Shown here one piece after another: positions 28,883-38,576 of a DNA stretch of 64,000 nucleotides. A program made the translations under genes and the position numbers. Below the pieces are notes generated by a model, which was not told the DNA's origin, ran no database searches, and was given only the letters and a program-made list of their open reading frames with translations. The DNA comes from an uncultured Acidobacteriota bacterium (GTDB lineage: Bacteria > Acidobacteriota > Thermoanaerobaculia > Multivoradales > UBA5704). Where the stretch lies: positions 896,001 through 960,000 of the forward strand of contig OY969474.1 of assembly GCA_963700145.1 (NCBI GenBank), read 5' to 3'. How positions within the stretch are numbered: position 1 is the stretch's first letter; every line of letters begins with the position of its first letter.

Positions 28883-30726
28883 TCAAGCGTTCTCGAGTCG
28901 GAGGAAGTGAACTCGGCCGAGACCGTCGCCCGCAACGATGGTGAGCCCGTCGGGCGCGACAGCGCAGGCAAGGGCAGCACCCTCTGCCGTAAAGGTGGCA
29001 ACCACCACGCCAGTCGCAAGGTCCCAGACCTTAACTGTCTTGTCCCGAGAGGCCGACACCGCCCGCTCACCGTCCGGTGTCACGGCGACGCCCGTGACCG
29101 AATCCTCGTGGCCTGCGAGAGTGTGCAGCACCGCACCGGTCGTGAGGTCCCAGACCTTCAGAGTCTTGTCCCAAGAGGCTGACACCGCCCGCTTGCCATC
29201 CAGCGTGATGGCAACGCCGTCCACCGGGCCTGCATGGCCTGTGAGAGTGTGCAGCACCGCACCGGTCGTGAGGTCGCAGACCTTGAGAGTCCTGTCCCAA
29301 GAGGCTGACACCGCCCGCTTGCCATCCAGCGTGACGGCAACGCCGTCCACCGGGCCTGCATGGCCTGCGAAGGTGTGTAGCACCGCACCAGTCACGAGGT
29401 TCCAAACCTTGAGGGTCTTGCCCGCCGAGACCGACACCGCCCGCTTGCCGTCCGGCGTCACAGCAACGCTGTTGACCGAACTCCTATGGCCTTCGAGAGT
29501 GGCCAGTACCGCGCCGGTCGCGAGGTTCCAAACCTTAAGGGTGTTGTCCTGAGAGGCTGACACCGCCCGCTTGCCGTCCGGCGTCACAGCAACGCTGTTG
29601 ACCCAACTCCCATGGCCTTCGAGAGTGGCCAGTACCGCACCGGTCGCGAGGTTCCAAACCTTAAGGGTGTTGTCCTGAGAGGCCGACACCGCCCGCTTGC
29701 CGTCCGGCGTCACGGCAACGCAGGCCACCCAGCGCTCATGGCCTTCGAGAGTTTGCAACACCGCACCGGTCGCGAGATCCCAGACCTTGAGGGCGTTGTC
29801 TCGGGACGCCGACACCGCCCGCTTGCCGTCCGGCGTCACGGTAATGCCGGTGACCGAGCCCGCATGGCCTGTAAAGGCGTATGGCAACGCACCGGTCGCC
29901 AAGTCCCAGACCTTGAGCGTGCTGTCCTCCGAAGCTGACACCGCCTGCTTGCCGTCCGGCGTTACGGCAACGCCGTTGACCCAATTCGCATGCCCTTCGA
30001 GAGTTTGCAACACCGCGCCGGTAGCGAGGTCCCAAACTTTGAGGGTCTTGTCCCGAGAGGTCGACACTGCCTGCCTGCCGTCTGGCGTCACGGCAACGCT
30101 TTGGACCGAACCTGTATGGCCTTTCAAAGTCTGCACGACTGTGCCGGTCGCGAGATCCCAGACTTTGAGGGTTCTGTCCCGAGAGGCTGACACCGCCCGC
30201 TTGCCATCCGGAGCCAAGGCAACGCCGTTGACTGCGCGCACATGGCCTACGAGAGTCTGCGGCACCGCACTGCTCCAGACCATGAGCGTCATGTCCGAGG
30301 AGGCCGACACCGCCCCCTTACCATCCGGCGTCACGGCAACGCCGGTAACCGAGTCCGTATGGCCTGCGAGGGTGTGCACCACCGTGCCAGCCGCCAGGTT
30401 CCAGATCTTGAGGGTCTTGTCCCGAGAGGCCGATACTGCGCGTTTGCCGTCCGGCGTGATGGCAACACCGTTAACCCATTTCGTATGAGCGTTGAGGGTG
30501 TGCAACACGGCGCCGGTTGCGAAATCCCAAACCTTGAGGGTGTCGTCCCCCGAGGCAGACACCAGCCGCTTGCCGTCAGGCGTCACCGCAACGCCAACAA
30601 CAGTCTCCGCATGGCCTGCTAGGGTATGTAGCACCACGCCGGTCCCCAAGTCCCAAACCTTGAGGGTCTTGTCCCCCGAGGCCGAAACCGCCCGTTTGCC
30701 GTCAGGCATCACAGCAACATCGTTGA
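28883..30726 (-). pseudogene. 3' fragment (WD40 repeats) of the IS-interrupted TIR-NB-ARC-WD40 gene
   Basis: 14 repeats of ~42 aa (GH...VAVTPDGKRAVSAS.D.TLKVWDL) plus one degenerate repeat; in frame with the 5' fragment once the IS and one TSD are removed. Confidence 0.88.
28900..30726 (-). repeat. ~126-bp tandem repeats encoding WD40 units
   Basis: GACACCGCCCGCTTGCCGTCCGGCGTCAC-like blocks recur at ~126-bp spacing. Confidence 0.9.
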
Positions 30727-32185
30727 GGGGTTGTCCCTCCCGCTGTTGAAAGAGCAATGAGGTGAAGGCGGCTCCTCGGCCCACCTGATCGAGAATCGGG
30801 TTGGTCGAATAACCGGCCCCGCCAGGGGGCCAAGGAGCCGTGATGAAGACGAGAGCAGAAAGGCGGGTGGTGTGGCAAGGGGGCCGTGCGGCGCGCATCA
30901 GCCACGGGCTACAAGCGCTGCTGCGGCCGATGGTCGAGGGCATCGAGGCCAGCCGCCAGGGGCTGCTGGAGCTGTTTCACGCCGCGGGCGTCGAGGCCCT
31001 GGGGCGGCAGCTCGCGGACGAGGTCGAGGCCGTCGTCGGTCCGAAGCGTCGGCGCAATCCGACCCGCGAGGCGTACCGCTGGGGCTCGACGGCGAGCGAG
31101 TTCGTGCTGGGTGGCCGCCAGGTGGCGCTGCCGCGACCGCGCGTCCGGCGACGCGACGGTGGCGAGATGAGCTTGCCTTCGGTGCGCGCCTTTCAGGACG
31201 AAGATCCCTTCACGGAGCGGGTGATCGAGCAGGCGCTGGTCGGCGTCTCGCAGCGCCGCTACGGTCGGAGCTTGGAGCCGCTCGCAGAGTCGGTGCCGGA
31301 GCGCGCGACGAGCAAGAGTGCGGTCCAGCGCCGGCTGGTGGCGGGGACGCGTCGTCTGCTGGGCGCGTGGCTGCGCCGAGACCTGTCGGACTTCCAGCCC
31401 CTGATCCTGATGATCGACGGGCTGGAGGTGGCCGGCCACACCCTGGTGGTGGCACTCGGCATCGCGCGCGACGGGACCAAGCGGGTGCTCGGCCTGCGTG
31501 AAGGCGCGACGGAGAACGCGGCGCTCTGTACCGGCCTGCTCCAGGAGCTGTTGGAGCGAGGCCTCGCGATGCCGCCGCGCTTCTTGGCGGTGCTCGACGG
31601 CGGCAAGGGGCTGCGCAAGGCCGTGCGCGCCGTCTTCGGGGACGCAACCCACGTCCAGCGCTGCCAGCTCCACAAGCGCCGCAACGTCCGCGACCACCTG
31701 CCCAAGCAGCTCCAAGCCCGGGTCGACCGCCTGATGGTCGAGGCCTACCAGAGCGCTCGCTTCGACCTCGCCAAGCGTCGCCTCGAGCAGCTTGCCCGCT
31801 GGCTCGAGCACGCAGGCCACGCGGGCGCCGCGGGCAGCCTGCGCGAGGGCCTCGACGAGACCCTCACCGCCTTGCGGCTGAAGCTGCCCGACGCTCTGCG
31901 CCGGTTGCTCGCCTCGACCAACGCGATCGAGAACACGATCGGCTCGATCCGTACGACGACGCGCAACGTCAAGCGCTGGCGCGGCGGCGACATGGTGCTG
32001 CGCTGGGTCGCCCTGGCGCTGTGTGACGCGGAGGCTGGCTTCCGGCGTGTCAAGGGACATCGGCACCTCGGGGCTCTCGAGCTCGCGCTCGCGGCGATCG
32101 AGGAACCGACGAACACCAAGGCCGTGGCATGATCAACCGAGCCGCTTTCCCTCTTTCGGCTTTCAACAGGGAACGGGGCATCCCC
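30727..32185 (+). mobile_element. IS256-family insertion sequence (1459 bp) with 9-bp TSD CATCGTTGA
   Basis: Imperfect terminal IRs GGGGTTGTCCCTCCCGCTGTTGAAAG / GGGGATGCCCCGTTCCCTGTTGAAAG; TSD at 30718-30726 and 32186-32194. Confidence 0.93.
30843..32132 (+). CDS. IS256-family (Mutator-like) DDE transposase
   Basis: LMIDG, VLDGGKGL, QRCQLHKRRN (CxxH), STNAIE; AAGGAG SD. Confidence 0.93.
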   Translation: MKTRAERRVVWQGGRAARISHGLQALLRPMVEGIEASRQGLLELFHAAGVEALGRQLADEVEAVVGPKRRRNPTREAYRWGSTASEFVLGGRQVALPRPRVRRRDGGEMSLPSVRAFQDEDPFTERVIEQALVGVSQRRYGRSLEPLAESVPERATSKSAVQRRLVAGTRRLLGAWLRRDLSDFQPLILMIDGLEVAGHTLVVALGIARDGTKRVLGLREGATENAALCTGLLQELLERGLAMPPRFLAVLDGGKGLRKAVRAVFGDATHVQRCQLHKRRNVRDHLPKQLQARVDRLMVEAYQSARFDLAKRRLEQLARWLEHAGHAGAAGSLREGLDETLTALRLKLPDALRRLLASTNAIENTIGSIRTTTRNVKRWRGGDMVLRWVALALCDAEAGFRRVKGHRHLGALELALAAIEEPTNTKAVA

Positions 32186-34388
32186 CATCGTTGACCGCGC
32201 TCGCATGGCCTTCGAGGGTGCGGACCAATGCTCCGCCGGGGGGCGTGAGACCCGGCGCCAGGGGACGCAACCAAGGCACCGTAGTCCTAGCGCGAGCCCG
32301 CGAGAGCAGAGCCCCGATCTCTCCGCCCTCTTTGGAATCGGCGAGCCTCGTCTTCTGAAGCTTGGTCTGCGCCAGCACAGCGAGGATCGAGAACGCGTAC
32401 CGCCAAAATCCGATCTGCCGGGCCTCGTAGGGGTAGCGGGTAATGCCCGGCAGGCGGCCGGTGAGCTGCCCGGCGAGCTCCGTGTGGTCCTTCGCCAACA
32501 CATGAGCGGAGAGTCTCAGCGCTCCCTGCACGAGTCCTACTGGACTGTCGCCGACGATCGTTTCGAAGTCTCTCAGCAAGGCATTGATGTCGGTGGTCTG
32601 CAGCTTCGCCGCGATCCAATCGTAGTCAAGCAGCAATGCCCGCAGCTCGTCGCGACGGTTGGCCTTCGCCAAGTGGTCGCTCAGGCGATACCAGAGGTAG
32701 GGTTCGTCGGCCGACAGCGTCCACCAGGCGCGGTGGGTTTCCGGAGTCGCTGGCGCGAGAGACAGGGCGAAGGCATCCAGCAGGCTGGAATGGAGCGTGC
32801 CGATATCGTCGGCCGCGAGCTGCAGGAAGTCCCGCTGCAGGTCGTGGAAGCGAAGGCTTGCGGTGCTATCTCTACCCTCGAGATACAACAGGCCCTTCCT
32901 CTCCAGGCCTGCGAGCAACCGGCGAGACTCGTAGTCCTGCAGGTCGCCCGTATGCGCCCAGAGCCGGGCGACGACCGGCACAGGCATCAGCAGGTCTTCC
33001 GGCGCTACGGCGAGCTCAAGGTAGCGAGCCCGGACGCCCTCCGGCAGGGCATCGAGACTAAGCCGCAGGGAGGTGAAAACGCTGGCATAAGGATGGTCCA
33101 GGAAGCGTAGGTTCCCCGCTTCCAGGGCCCCCACGATATCGGCCCATGCGGTCCCGTCGCGTACCATCGCACCGGCCACAGAGATGGCGAGCGGCAGGTA
33201 GCCGCAGCGCCTGACGAGCGTCTTTGCCTCTTCCGGCAGCGAACCCGCCGGCTCATCTATCCAGATAGAGAGGAGCGCCAAGGCCTGCTCTTCACTGAGC
33301 ACGTCGAGCTCGATGTTCTCTGCGCCGAGCGCGGTAAGTACGCCGGCGTCGCGCGTCGTAATCAGCGTCCGGCATCGGGCGCCCGTCACCTCAAAGGCGC
33401 GTGCGTGGTCGGTGCGCCACACGTCGTCGAGCACCAAAAGGCTGGCGCGGTCTGTGGAGAGGTCGCGGATCTGGTCACTGCCAGAGGCAACCGAATCGAC
33501 TACCGCCGGTGCGCCCGTGAGCTGTTGGATGAGGCCCGACTGCAGGCTCAGAACATCCGGGCTCTGGCCGAGCGTTAGCCAGTGGATGCCGTCAGGGAAG
33601 GCCAGCCGCACGGACGCGTCGTGCACGAGATCGATGGCCGCGACGGTCTTGCCCAGGCCCCCCTGCCCGAAGAGACCCACCGCGCCGGCTGTGTTTTCCA
33701 CACCCGCGCCGGTAATGCCCACCGCGTCGCGGGATCCAGTGAGCAGGGCGCTTTGAGTGCGGTGGCGGACATCGAGGCGCGGGATGTGATGAGGCCGCTG
33801 CGCCGGCACGCCGAAGAGCTTCCCTGGCACGGGACCGGACGCGGGCAGCAGCGGGGTCGGCCGCGCTTCGTCGCCAAACCGAGCCTCCTGCGTGGTTGCT
33901 ATCCCGGCAGCCTCGGTAAGTCCCGCTACCCTCGCGACTCTGTAGAGTTGGTCGAAAATCTCTGCGAGAGCCTCGTCGCGCTTGTCGCCCCGCAACTGCT
34001 TTAGCGGCCTATCAGGGGATCTTGGCCATTGGAACTCGAGCAGCTCGGGGCACGCTCGCTTCACATTGCTGCTGCCGACGGGCACACAGATGATGACGAC
34101 TTCGTCCGAGGCCGCTGCTTCCAGGATCCGCGGCAATTCCTCGCTCGTGATGAAGTCAGATCCGAGAAAGTCCTGGCTGACGAGGAGGACGGCGATGCGT
34201 GCCCGCGCCAGCCCGTCGCCGATCTCGCGCCGCCAGCGCTCGCCGGTCTGGATGTAGGGGTCCGCCCACAGTCGGCCGCCCTCTTTGTACGACTGCCCCC
34301 AGGGAAAAGGCTTGAGAAAGATCCGCAGCCGCTCGAGCCACACCTCGTCCTTGTGGCTGTAGCTGACGAAGATGGAGTCCCGAGCCAT
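32163..34388 (-). pseudogene. 5' fragment (TIR + NB-ARC, Apaf-1-like) of the IS-interrupted NLR-like gene
   Basis: TIR IFVSYSHKD...SDFITSEE; Walker A GQGGLGKT, Walker B LLVLDDVW, TLITTRD, GYLPLAI, FHDLQRDF; reads into the IS and stops at 32163. Confidence 0.9.
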
Positions 34389-34412
34389 GGGTGTCTACTC
34401 CGGCGTTCGGCC

Positions 34413-34625
34413 TCAAGTGCGGTCGTGCTTCTCGCGGATTCCTTCGAGGTCGATACCCTTGGCGATACCGCGTAGCGCGTCGAGCGGGCGCTCGGGGACG
34501 AGAATGATGATCCCGTGCCTCTTAGCGATCATCTGGAAGGCCTGGCCTGCTTCAATGGGCACTGCGTGACGGGTCTCCTCGGGGATCTCGACGCGATAAT
34601 GGGCGGAGACCACGGTCCGTGCCAT
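34413..34625 (-). CDS. AbrB/MazE/SpoVT-type DNA-binding protein (antitoxin-like)
   Basis: TVVSAHYRVEIPEETRHAVPIEAGQ...IILVP swapped-hairpin pattern; TACAAT 6 nt before the ATG. Confidence 0.75.
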   Translation of the reverse strand: MARTVVSAHYRVEIPEETRHAVPIEAGQAFQMIAKRHGIIILVPERPLDALRGIAKGIDLEGIREKHDRT

Positions 34626-34832
34626 GCCCTCATTGTATGAGGCGCCTGGCGACGCCAAGGTTCTAGCTTGCCTTTATGAGCCGACCGCGGCTCGACGTTG
34701 CGCGTTTTCGCGCGGCGAGTACCACGCCGTTCGTGGTCGTGGTGAGCGGTGCTGCGCTGGCGTACTGCGTGCTGGCGAGGGCCGCTTCGACTAGAATGTC
34801 GTGGGGCACTGGACCGCGGAGCGTCACGCAAG

Positions 34833-35072
34833 ATGTACCGGATCACCCTTGAAATTGAGCAACTGCCTGAAGGTCCATATCTCGGCACGAGCCCGGATCT
34901 CCCGGGGCTCGTCGTGCAGGGCGACAGTGTCCAAGAGGTCCTCAGACTGGCGCCGGATCTGGCCCATGACCTCATCGCCGTAATGCGCGAGACGAACCAG
35001 CAACTGCCGCCAGGCCTCGAGACGGTCACCGTCACCGCCCCAGGTCGCGTCTCCGTCCTCGTTCCTGCTTGA
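34833..35072 (+). CDS. hicB: HicB-family antitoxin (short form, no DNA-binding domain)
   Basis: IEQLPEGPYLGTSPDLPGLVVQGDSVQEV. Confidence 0.85.
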   Translation: MYRITLEIEQLPEGPYLGTSPDLPGLVVQGDSVQEVLRLAPDLAHDLIAVMRETNQQLPPGLETVTVTAPGRVSVLVPA

Positions 35073-35275
35073 CCTATCGCGAGCTGACCCACCACCTCCG
35101 GCGGTTGGGTTGCGAGCTCAAGCGCCAGAGCAAAGGAAGCCACGAGGTCTGGCACAACCCACGCCACAATCGATCGGCAGTCATCCCGAGACATCCCGGC
35201 GATCTTCCTGCCGGTACGCTGCGGGCGATCCTCAAGGGTCTCGGCATCTCTCCAGACAAGCTGCGCTCCGATTGA
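35069..35275 (+). CDS. hicA: HicA-family mRNA interferase toxin
   Basis: LRRLGC..KRQSKGSHEVW...IPRH...GTLRAILK; TTG overlaps the hicB stop. Confidence 0.9.
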   Translation: MTYRELTHHLRRLGCELKRQSKGSHEVWHNPRHNRSAVIPRHPGDLPAGTLRAILKGLGISPDKLRSD

Positions 35276-35374
35276 GCAGAGCGCGAGCTCCTTTCTTCCT
35301 GCGGGAATAAGTTCTGCATTGGCGCAACTTCGTTCCCAGGCGGGTGCCGTTAAGGCTGCCTGCGGGAGGAAGCC

Positions 35375-35614
35375 ATGCAGCGCCAGCCGGTCGAGTCGTC
35401 GAGCCTTGCGAGCGTGGGGTACGAGGAGTGGACCCGGACGCTGGAGGTGGAGTTCCGCAACGGCGGGGTGTACCGCTACCTCGGCGTGCCGGCTTCCGTC
35501 CATGAGGCCCTGCTGACCGCCGAGTCCCGCGGCGCGTTCCTGAACACTCGCATCAAGCCTTATTACCCCTACCAGCGGGTGCTGCCGCCGGCCGGTCACG
35601 CCGCTGCGGGATAG
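35375..35614 (+). CDS. KTSC-domain protein
   Basis: VESSSLASVGY...LEVEFRNGGVYRYLGVP...ALLTAESRGAFLN. Confidence 0.9.
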   Translation: MQRQPVESSSLASVGYEEWTRTLEVEFRNGGVYRYLGVPASVHEALLTAESRGAFLNTRIKPYYPYQRVLPPAGHAAAG

Positions 35615-37244
35615 TCAGGAGGAAGGGGCCGAGCTGGAGGCGGCCGCGGAAGGGGGCTTCGGCTATCCAGAAGGAGTTGCCGCGCAGGGCAACGAGGCCG
35701 GGGCCCAGGCGGAGACGCTCACCGGGGGGCTCGGAGAGGACGAAGAGGAGGCGGCGCGTCTCGGGCGGGAGGGCGAGCTGGGAGAGGGCCTTCTGGAAGG
35801 GCTGGTGGCCGCGGGTGGTGAGGGCGAAGTCCTCCTCCGGGACGACGAAGACGACTTGGTACTCCGGCAGGTACCACTGCAGGTGGCGGTGCCAGGGGTA
35901 GAGGAAGCCCTCGGCGCCGGCGGGGCCGCTGCCTGACAGCTCGGCCGTGGCGAGCACCGTCGTCTCCGGCGGGTAGCCGCGCACGATCTCGATCACGCGG
36001 TCCAGCTCGCGCTCGAAGCTCTCGATGGCGCCGCGGTTGAACTCGTGGCGGACCAGCGCCCAGGCGCGCGGCTGGTCGGGGCGGCGGTCGGCGCCGAAGA
36101 GGAAGAGGCCGAGGCCGAGCACCGCGGCGAGGGCGATGCCGGCGACGGCGCGCGCGCGGCCGGCGGCCAGCGCCGGGGCGGCGGCAAGCGCCAGCGCCGC
36201 GAGCAGCGCCGGCAGGTGGATCAGCGTGTAACCGGCCTTGGTGACGTGGAAGAGGGCGAAGAAGGCGAGCGGCGGGAGGGCCCAGACGAGGAGCCAGTCG
36301 AGCCGGCGGGCGAGAAGCCGTAGGCCGGCGGCGACGGCGCGCGGCGTCGCGGCCCAGAGCGTGAGGAGAGCGACGGCGCCGGGGAGCATCCCCTGGAGCG
36401 ACCACTTCACCAGCACCTCCAGGTTGTGCGCCAGCGCCGGCCAGCCGGCGCCGTAGAGGACGGAGGTCTGCGGCAGGAGGGTGGCGAAGTGCTCGCCCGC
36501 GACGCGGCGGTAGACGGCATAGCCGCCGGCCAGAGCCCAGAGCGGCAGGAGCCAGGTGAGGACGAGGGAGGCGGCGAGGGAGGCGCCGGCGGCGAGTGTG
36601 CGCCAGGAGAGGCGGCCGGAGCGCCAGCCGTGGTAGGCGCCGTAGGCGACGAGCGGCGCGAGGAGGACCATCGTCGACTGGCGGAGGCCGCCGGCTAGGG
36701 CGAAGAGGGCGCAGGTGAGGAAGAAGGCGCGAGGGGATTCGGAGGCGCGAATCGCGCCGTAGGCGATGGCGACGGCGAGGCCGCCCTCGACGGCGTAGAC
36801 GAGCGGCAGTTCGGCGTAGAACCAGAGGAGGGGGTTGGTGGCGTAGAGGAGGCCGGCGAAAAGGGGGGCGTTGAACGGCCCCCCGCCCAGATCCTTCGCT
36901 TCGCTCAGGATGACATGGGGGAAAGCGAGGCGAGCGACCAGGAGGACCATGAGGCCGGCGCCGAGGGCGCTGGAGAGGATCGAGAGGGCCACCATCGCGT
37001 CGAGCGGCTCGATGCCTACCCAGGCGAAGGCTTTGAGGAGGGCGATGTAGAGGGGGTAGCCGGGGGGGTGCGGATGGTGAGCGGCGAGGTCGAAGCGCTC
37101 GACGCCGAGGGCGAACTGGACGGAGTCGTGGTCCCAGAGGCGGCGGGCGGCGAAGGGGAGGCGGAGGAGGAAAGCGAAGGCGGCTACGGCGGTGGCCGCT
37201 AAGCACAGGTGCCCCCCGCCCAGATCCTTGCGAGCCCCAGTCAT
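35553..37244 (-). CDS. Multi-pass membrane glycosyltransferase-like protein (GT-C/DUF2723-like)
   Basis: WDHDSVQF...HPHPPGYPLY and many TM helices; start uncertain. Confidence 0.7.
   Translation of the reverse strand: MTGARKDLGGGHLCLAATAVAAFAFLLRLPFAARRLWDHDSVQFALGVERFDLAAHHPHPPGYPLYIALLKAFAWVGIEPLDAMVALSILSSALGAGLMVLLVARLAFPHVILSEAKDLGGGPFNAPLFAGLLYATNPLLWFYAELPLVYAVEGGLAVAIAYGAIRASESPRAFFLTCALFALAGGLRQSTMVLLAPLVAYGAYHGWRSGRLSWRTLAAGASLAASLVLTWLLPLWALAGGYAVYRRVAGEHFATLLPQTSVLYGAGWPALAHNLEVLVKWSLQGMLPGAVALLTLWAATPRAVAAGLRLLARRLDWLLVWALPPLAFFALFHVTKAGYTLIHLPALLAALALAAAPALAAGRARAVAGIALAAVLGLGLFLFGADRRPDQPRAWALVRHEFNRGAIESFERELDRVIEIVRGYPPETTVLATAELSGSGPAGAEGFLYPWHRHLQWYLPEYQVVFVVPEEDFALTTRGHQPFQKALSQLALPPETRRLLFVLSEPPGERLRLGPGLVALRGNSFWIAEAPFRGRLQLGPFLLTIPQRRDRPAAAPAGRGNKA
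36879..36915 (-). repeat. REP-like arm inside a coding sequence
   Basis: TGTCATCCTGAGCGAAGCGAAGGATCTGGGCGGGGGG on the minus strand, translated as VILSEAKDLGG. Confidence 0.85.
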
Positions 37245-37316
37245 GGGCTCGCTACCCGTAAGGTCGCCTGCCGGAGCAGGCGGTTGGATTGCGGGTTCGC
37301 TACGCTCAGGATGACA
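37212..37316 (-). repeat. REP-like arm interrupted by ~66 bp of small hairpins
   Basis: Minus strand TGTCATCCTGAGCGTAGCGAA ... AAGGATCTGGGCGGGGGG with internal CGCCTGC/GCAGGCG-like and GCGAGCCC/GGGCTCGC stems. Confidence 0.7.
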
Positions 37317-37878
37317 GTCCTTGGTAGAAGGAGAGCGCCGTCTCGCCGTAGTGCCGTTCGCTCACTCGCGTGAGGCCGGCGGCCTCCTCGGCGAGCGGCG
37401 CGCGCGCGGAGTGCTCGATTGCTGCCTCGCCGTCCTCCGCCAGCAATGGCGCCAGCCGCCGCAGCAGCTCCGCGTACTCGGTGAAGGCGTAAGGAGGATC
37501 GGCGAAGATCAAGTCGAACGCCAGCTCCCCTTGCTCCACCAACCGGGAGAGGCCGCGCGGGAGCGGCACTCGCCACACTGCAATCTGCCTTTCTTCTCCA
37601 CCCAGCTCTTTGATGTTGGCGCGCAGTGTGCGCACTGCCCGAGCGTCGTCTTCGAGGCACAACACGCGCACGGCGCCGCGGCTCGCTGCCTCGATCCCGA
37701 CCGCGCCACTGCCGGCGAAGAGGTCGAGGAAGCGCGCGCCGGGGAGGCGGTCGCCCCAGATCGAGAAGAGCGCTTCGCGCACGCGGCCTTCCGTCGGCCG
37801 CGCGCCCGGGGGCACCGCCACCGCCCGCCCGCGCAACGCGCCGCCGCTGATGCGCAGGACCGGCCGGCCGCCCTTCAC
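37306..37878 (-). CDS. rsmD: 16S rRNA (guanine966-N2) methyltransferase
   Basis: LRISGG..RGR, RPT..RVREALF, LDLFAGSGAVGIEAASRGA, FADPPY. Confidence 0.94.
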   Translation of the reverse strand: MKGGRPVLRISGGALRGRAVAVPPGARPTEGRVREALFSIWGDRLPGARFLDLFAGSGAVGIEAASRGAVRVLCLEDDARAVRTLRANIKELGGEERQIAVWRVPLPRGLSRLVEQGELAFDLIFADPPYAFTEYAELLRRLAPLLAEDGEAAIEHSARAPLAEEAAGLTRVSERHYGETALSFYQGLSS

Positions 37879-38576
37879 CGCGGCGGCAGCCGGCCGCTGC
37901 CGCGCCCGAGGTACTCCACGAACTCGCGCCGCAGCTCCTCGCGCAGCACGTAGAGGGTGAGCGGCTGGTCGAGGCCGGTCAGCTCCACGGCCTTGTTGTC
38001 CATGGTGAAGCCGGCGACGCGATAGACGAAGCCGTCCGCCCGCCGCAGCAGGTCGCCGCGTTGCGGCCGGTAGCCCGCCGGAAGCTCGGCCGCGACGCGG
38101 ACGGTGAGGCCGGTCGTCAAGTCGTCAGCGATCCGCAGGAGCTGCGCGAGCGCCAGCGGCAGGGTGTCGTAGCGGCCGAAGTCGAAGTCGCGGGGCGGTT
38201 TGCCGGGGAGCGCCAGCTCCAGCTTGCACCGCTCGACCCACTCGCCTTCGACTCCTTTCGAGAGACGCCGTACCTCGGAGAGATCGACCTGCGCGAGGCG
38301 CCGGACGAAGGCGTCCAGCTCGTCCGGCCCCAGCTCGCGCAGGGCTGACAGCTCCTTCCCAGGCGCCCCCTCGACCAGGCGGACGGTGCCGCGCTCGAAG
38401 AGCGTCACCTCGCGGCGGCCGATCGTGCTGGCGCAGTCGAGGCGGAGGAGCTGGGGAACGCGCGGGGCCGGCGCTTCCGAAGGGGCGGAGCCCGCCTGCG
38501 CGAAAACACGCCCGGCACGTGGGCCGGGCGCTACGAAGAGACACGCGGTCGCGAGGACGAGCGCCGCGCGCTTCAT
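37875..38576 (-). CDS. Hypothetical secreted protein
   Basis: ATG overlaps the upstream stop; signal-like MKRAALVLATACLFVA; coding-like codon bias. Confidence 0.7.
   Translation of the reverse strand: MKRAALVLATACLFVAPGPRAGRVFAQAGSAPSEAPAPRVPQLLRLDCASTIGRREVTLFERGTVRLVEGAPGKELSALRELGPDELDAFVRRLAQVDLSEVRRLSKGVEGEWVERCKLELALPGKPPRDFDFGRYDTLPLALAQLLRIADDLTTGLTVRVAAELPAGYRPQRGDLLRRADGFVYRVAGFTMDNKAVELTGLDQPLTLYVLREELRREFVEYLGRGSGRLPPR

Noticed and set aside
28883-30726. Diversity-generating retroelement target in the WD40 repeats
   Set aside because: No reverse transcriptase or template repeat in the window, and differences are not adenine-specific.
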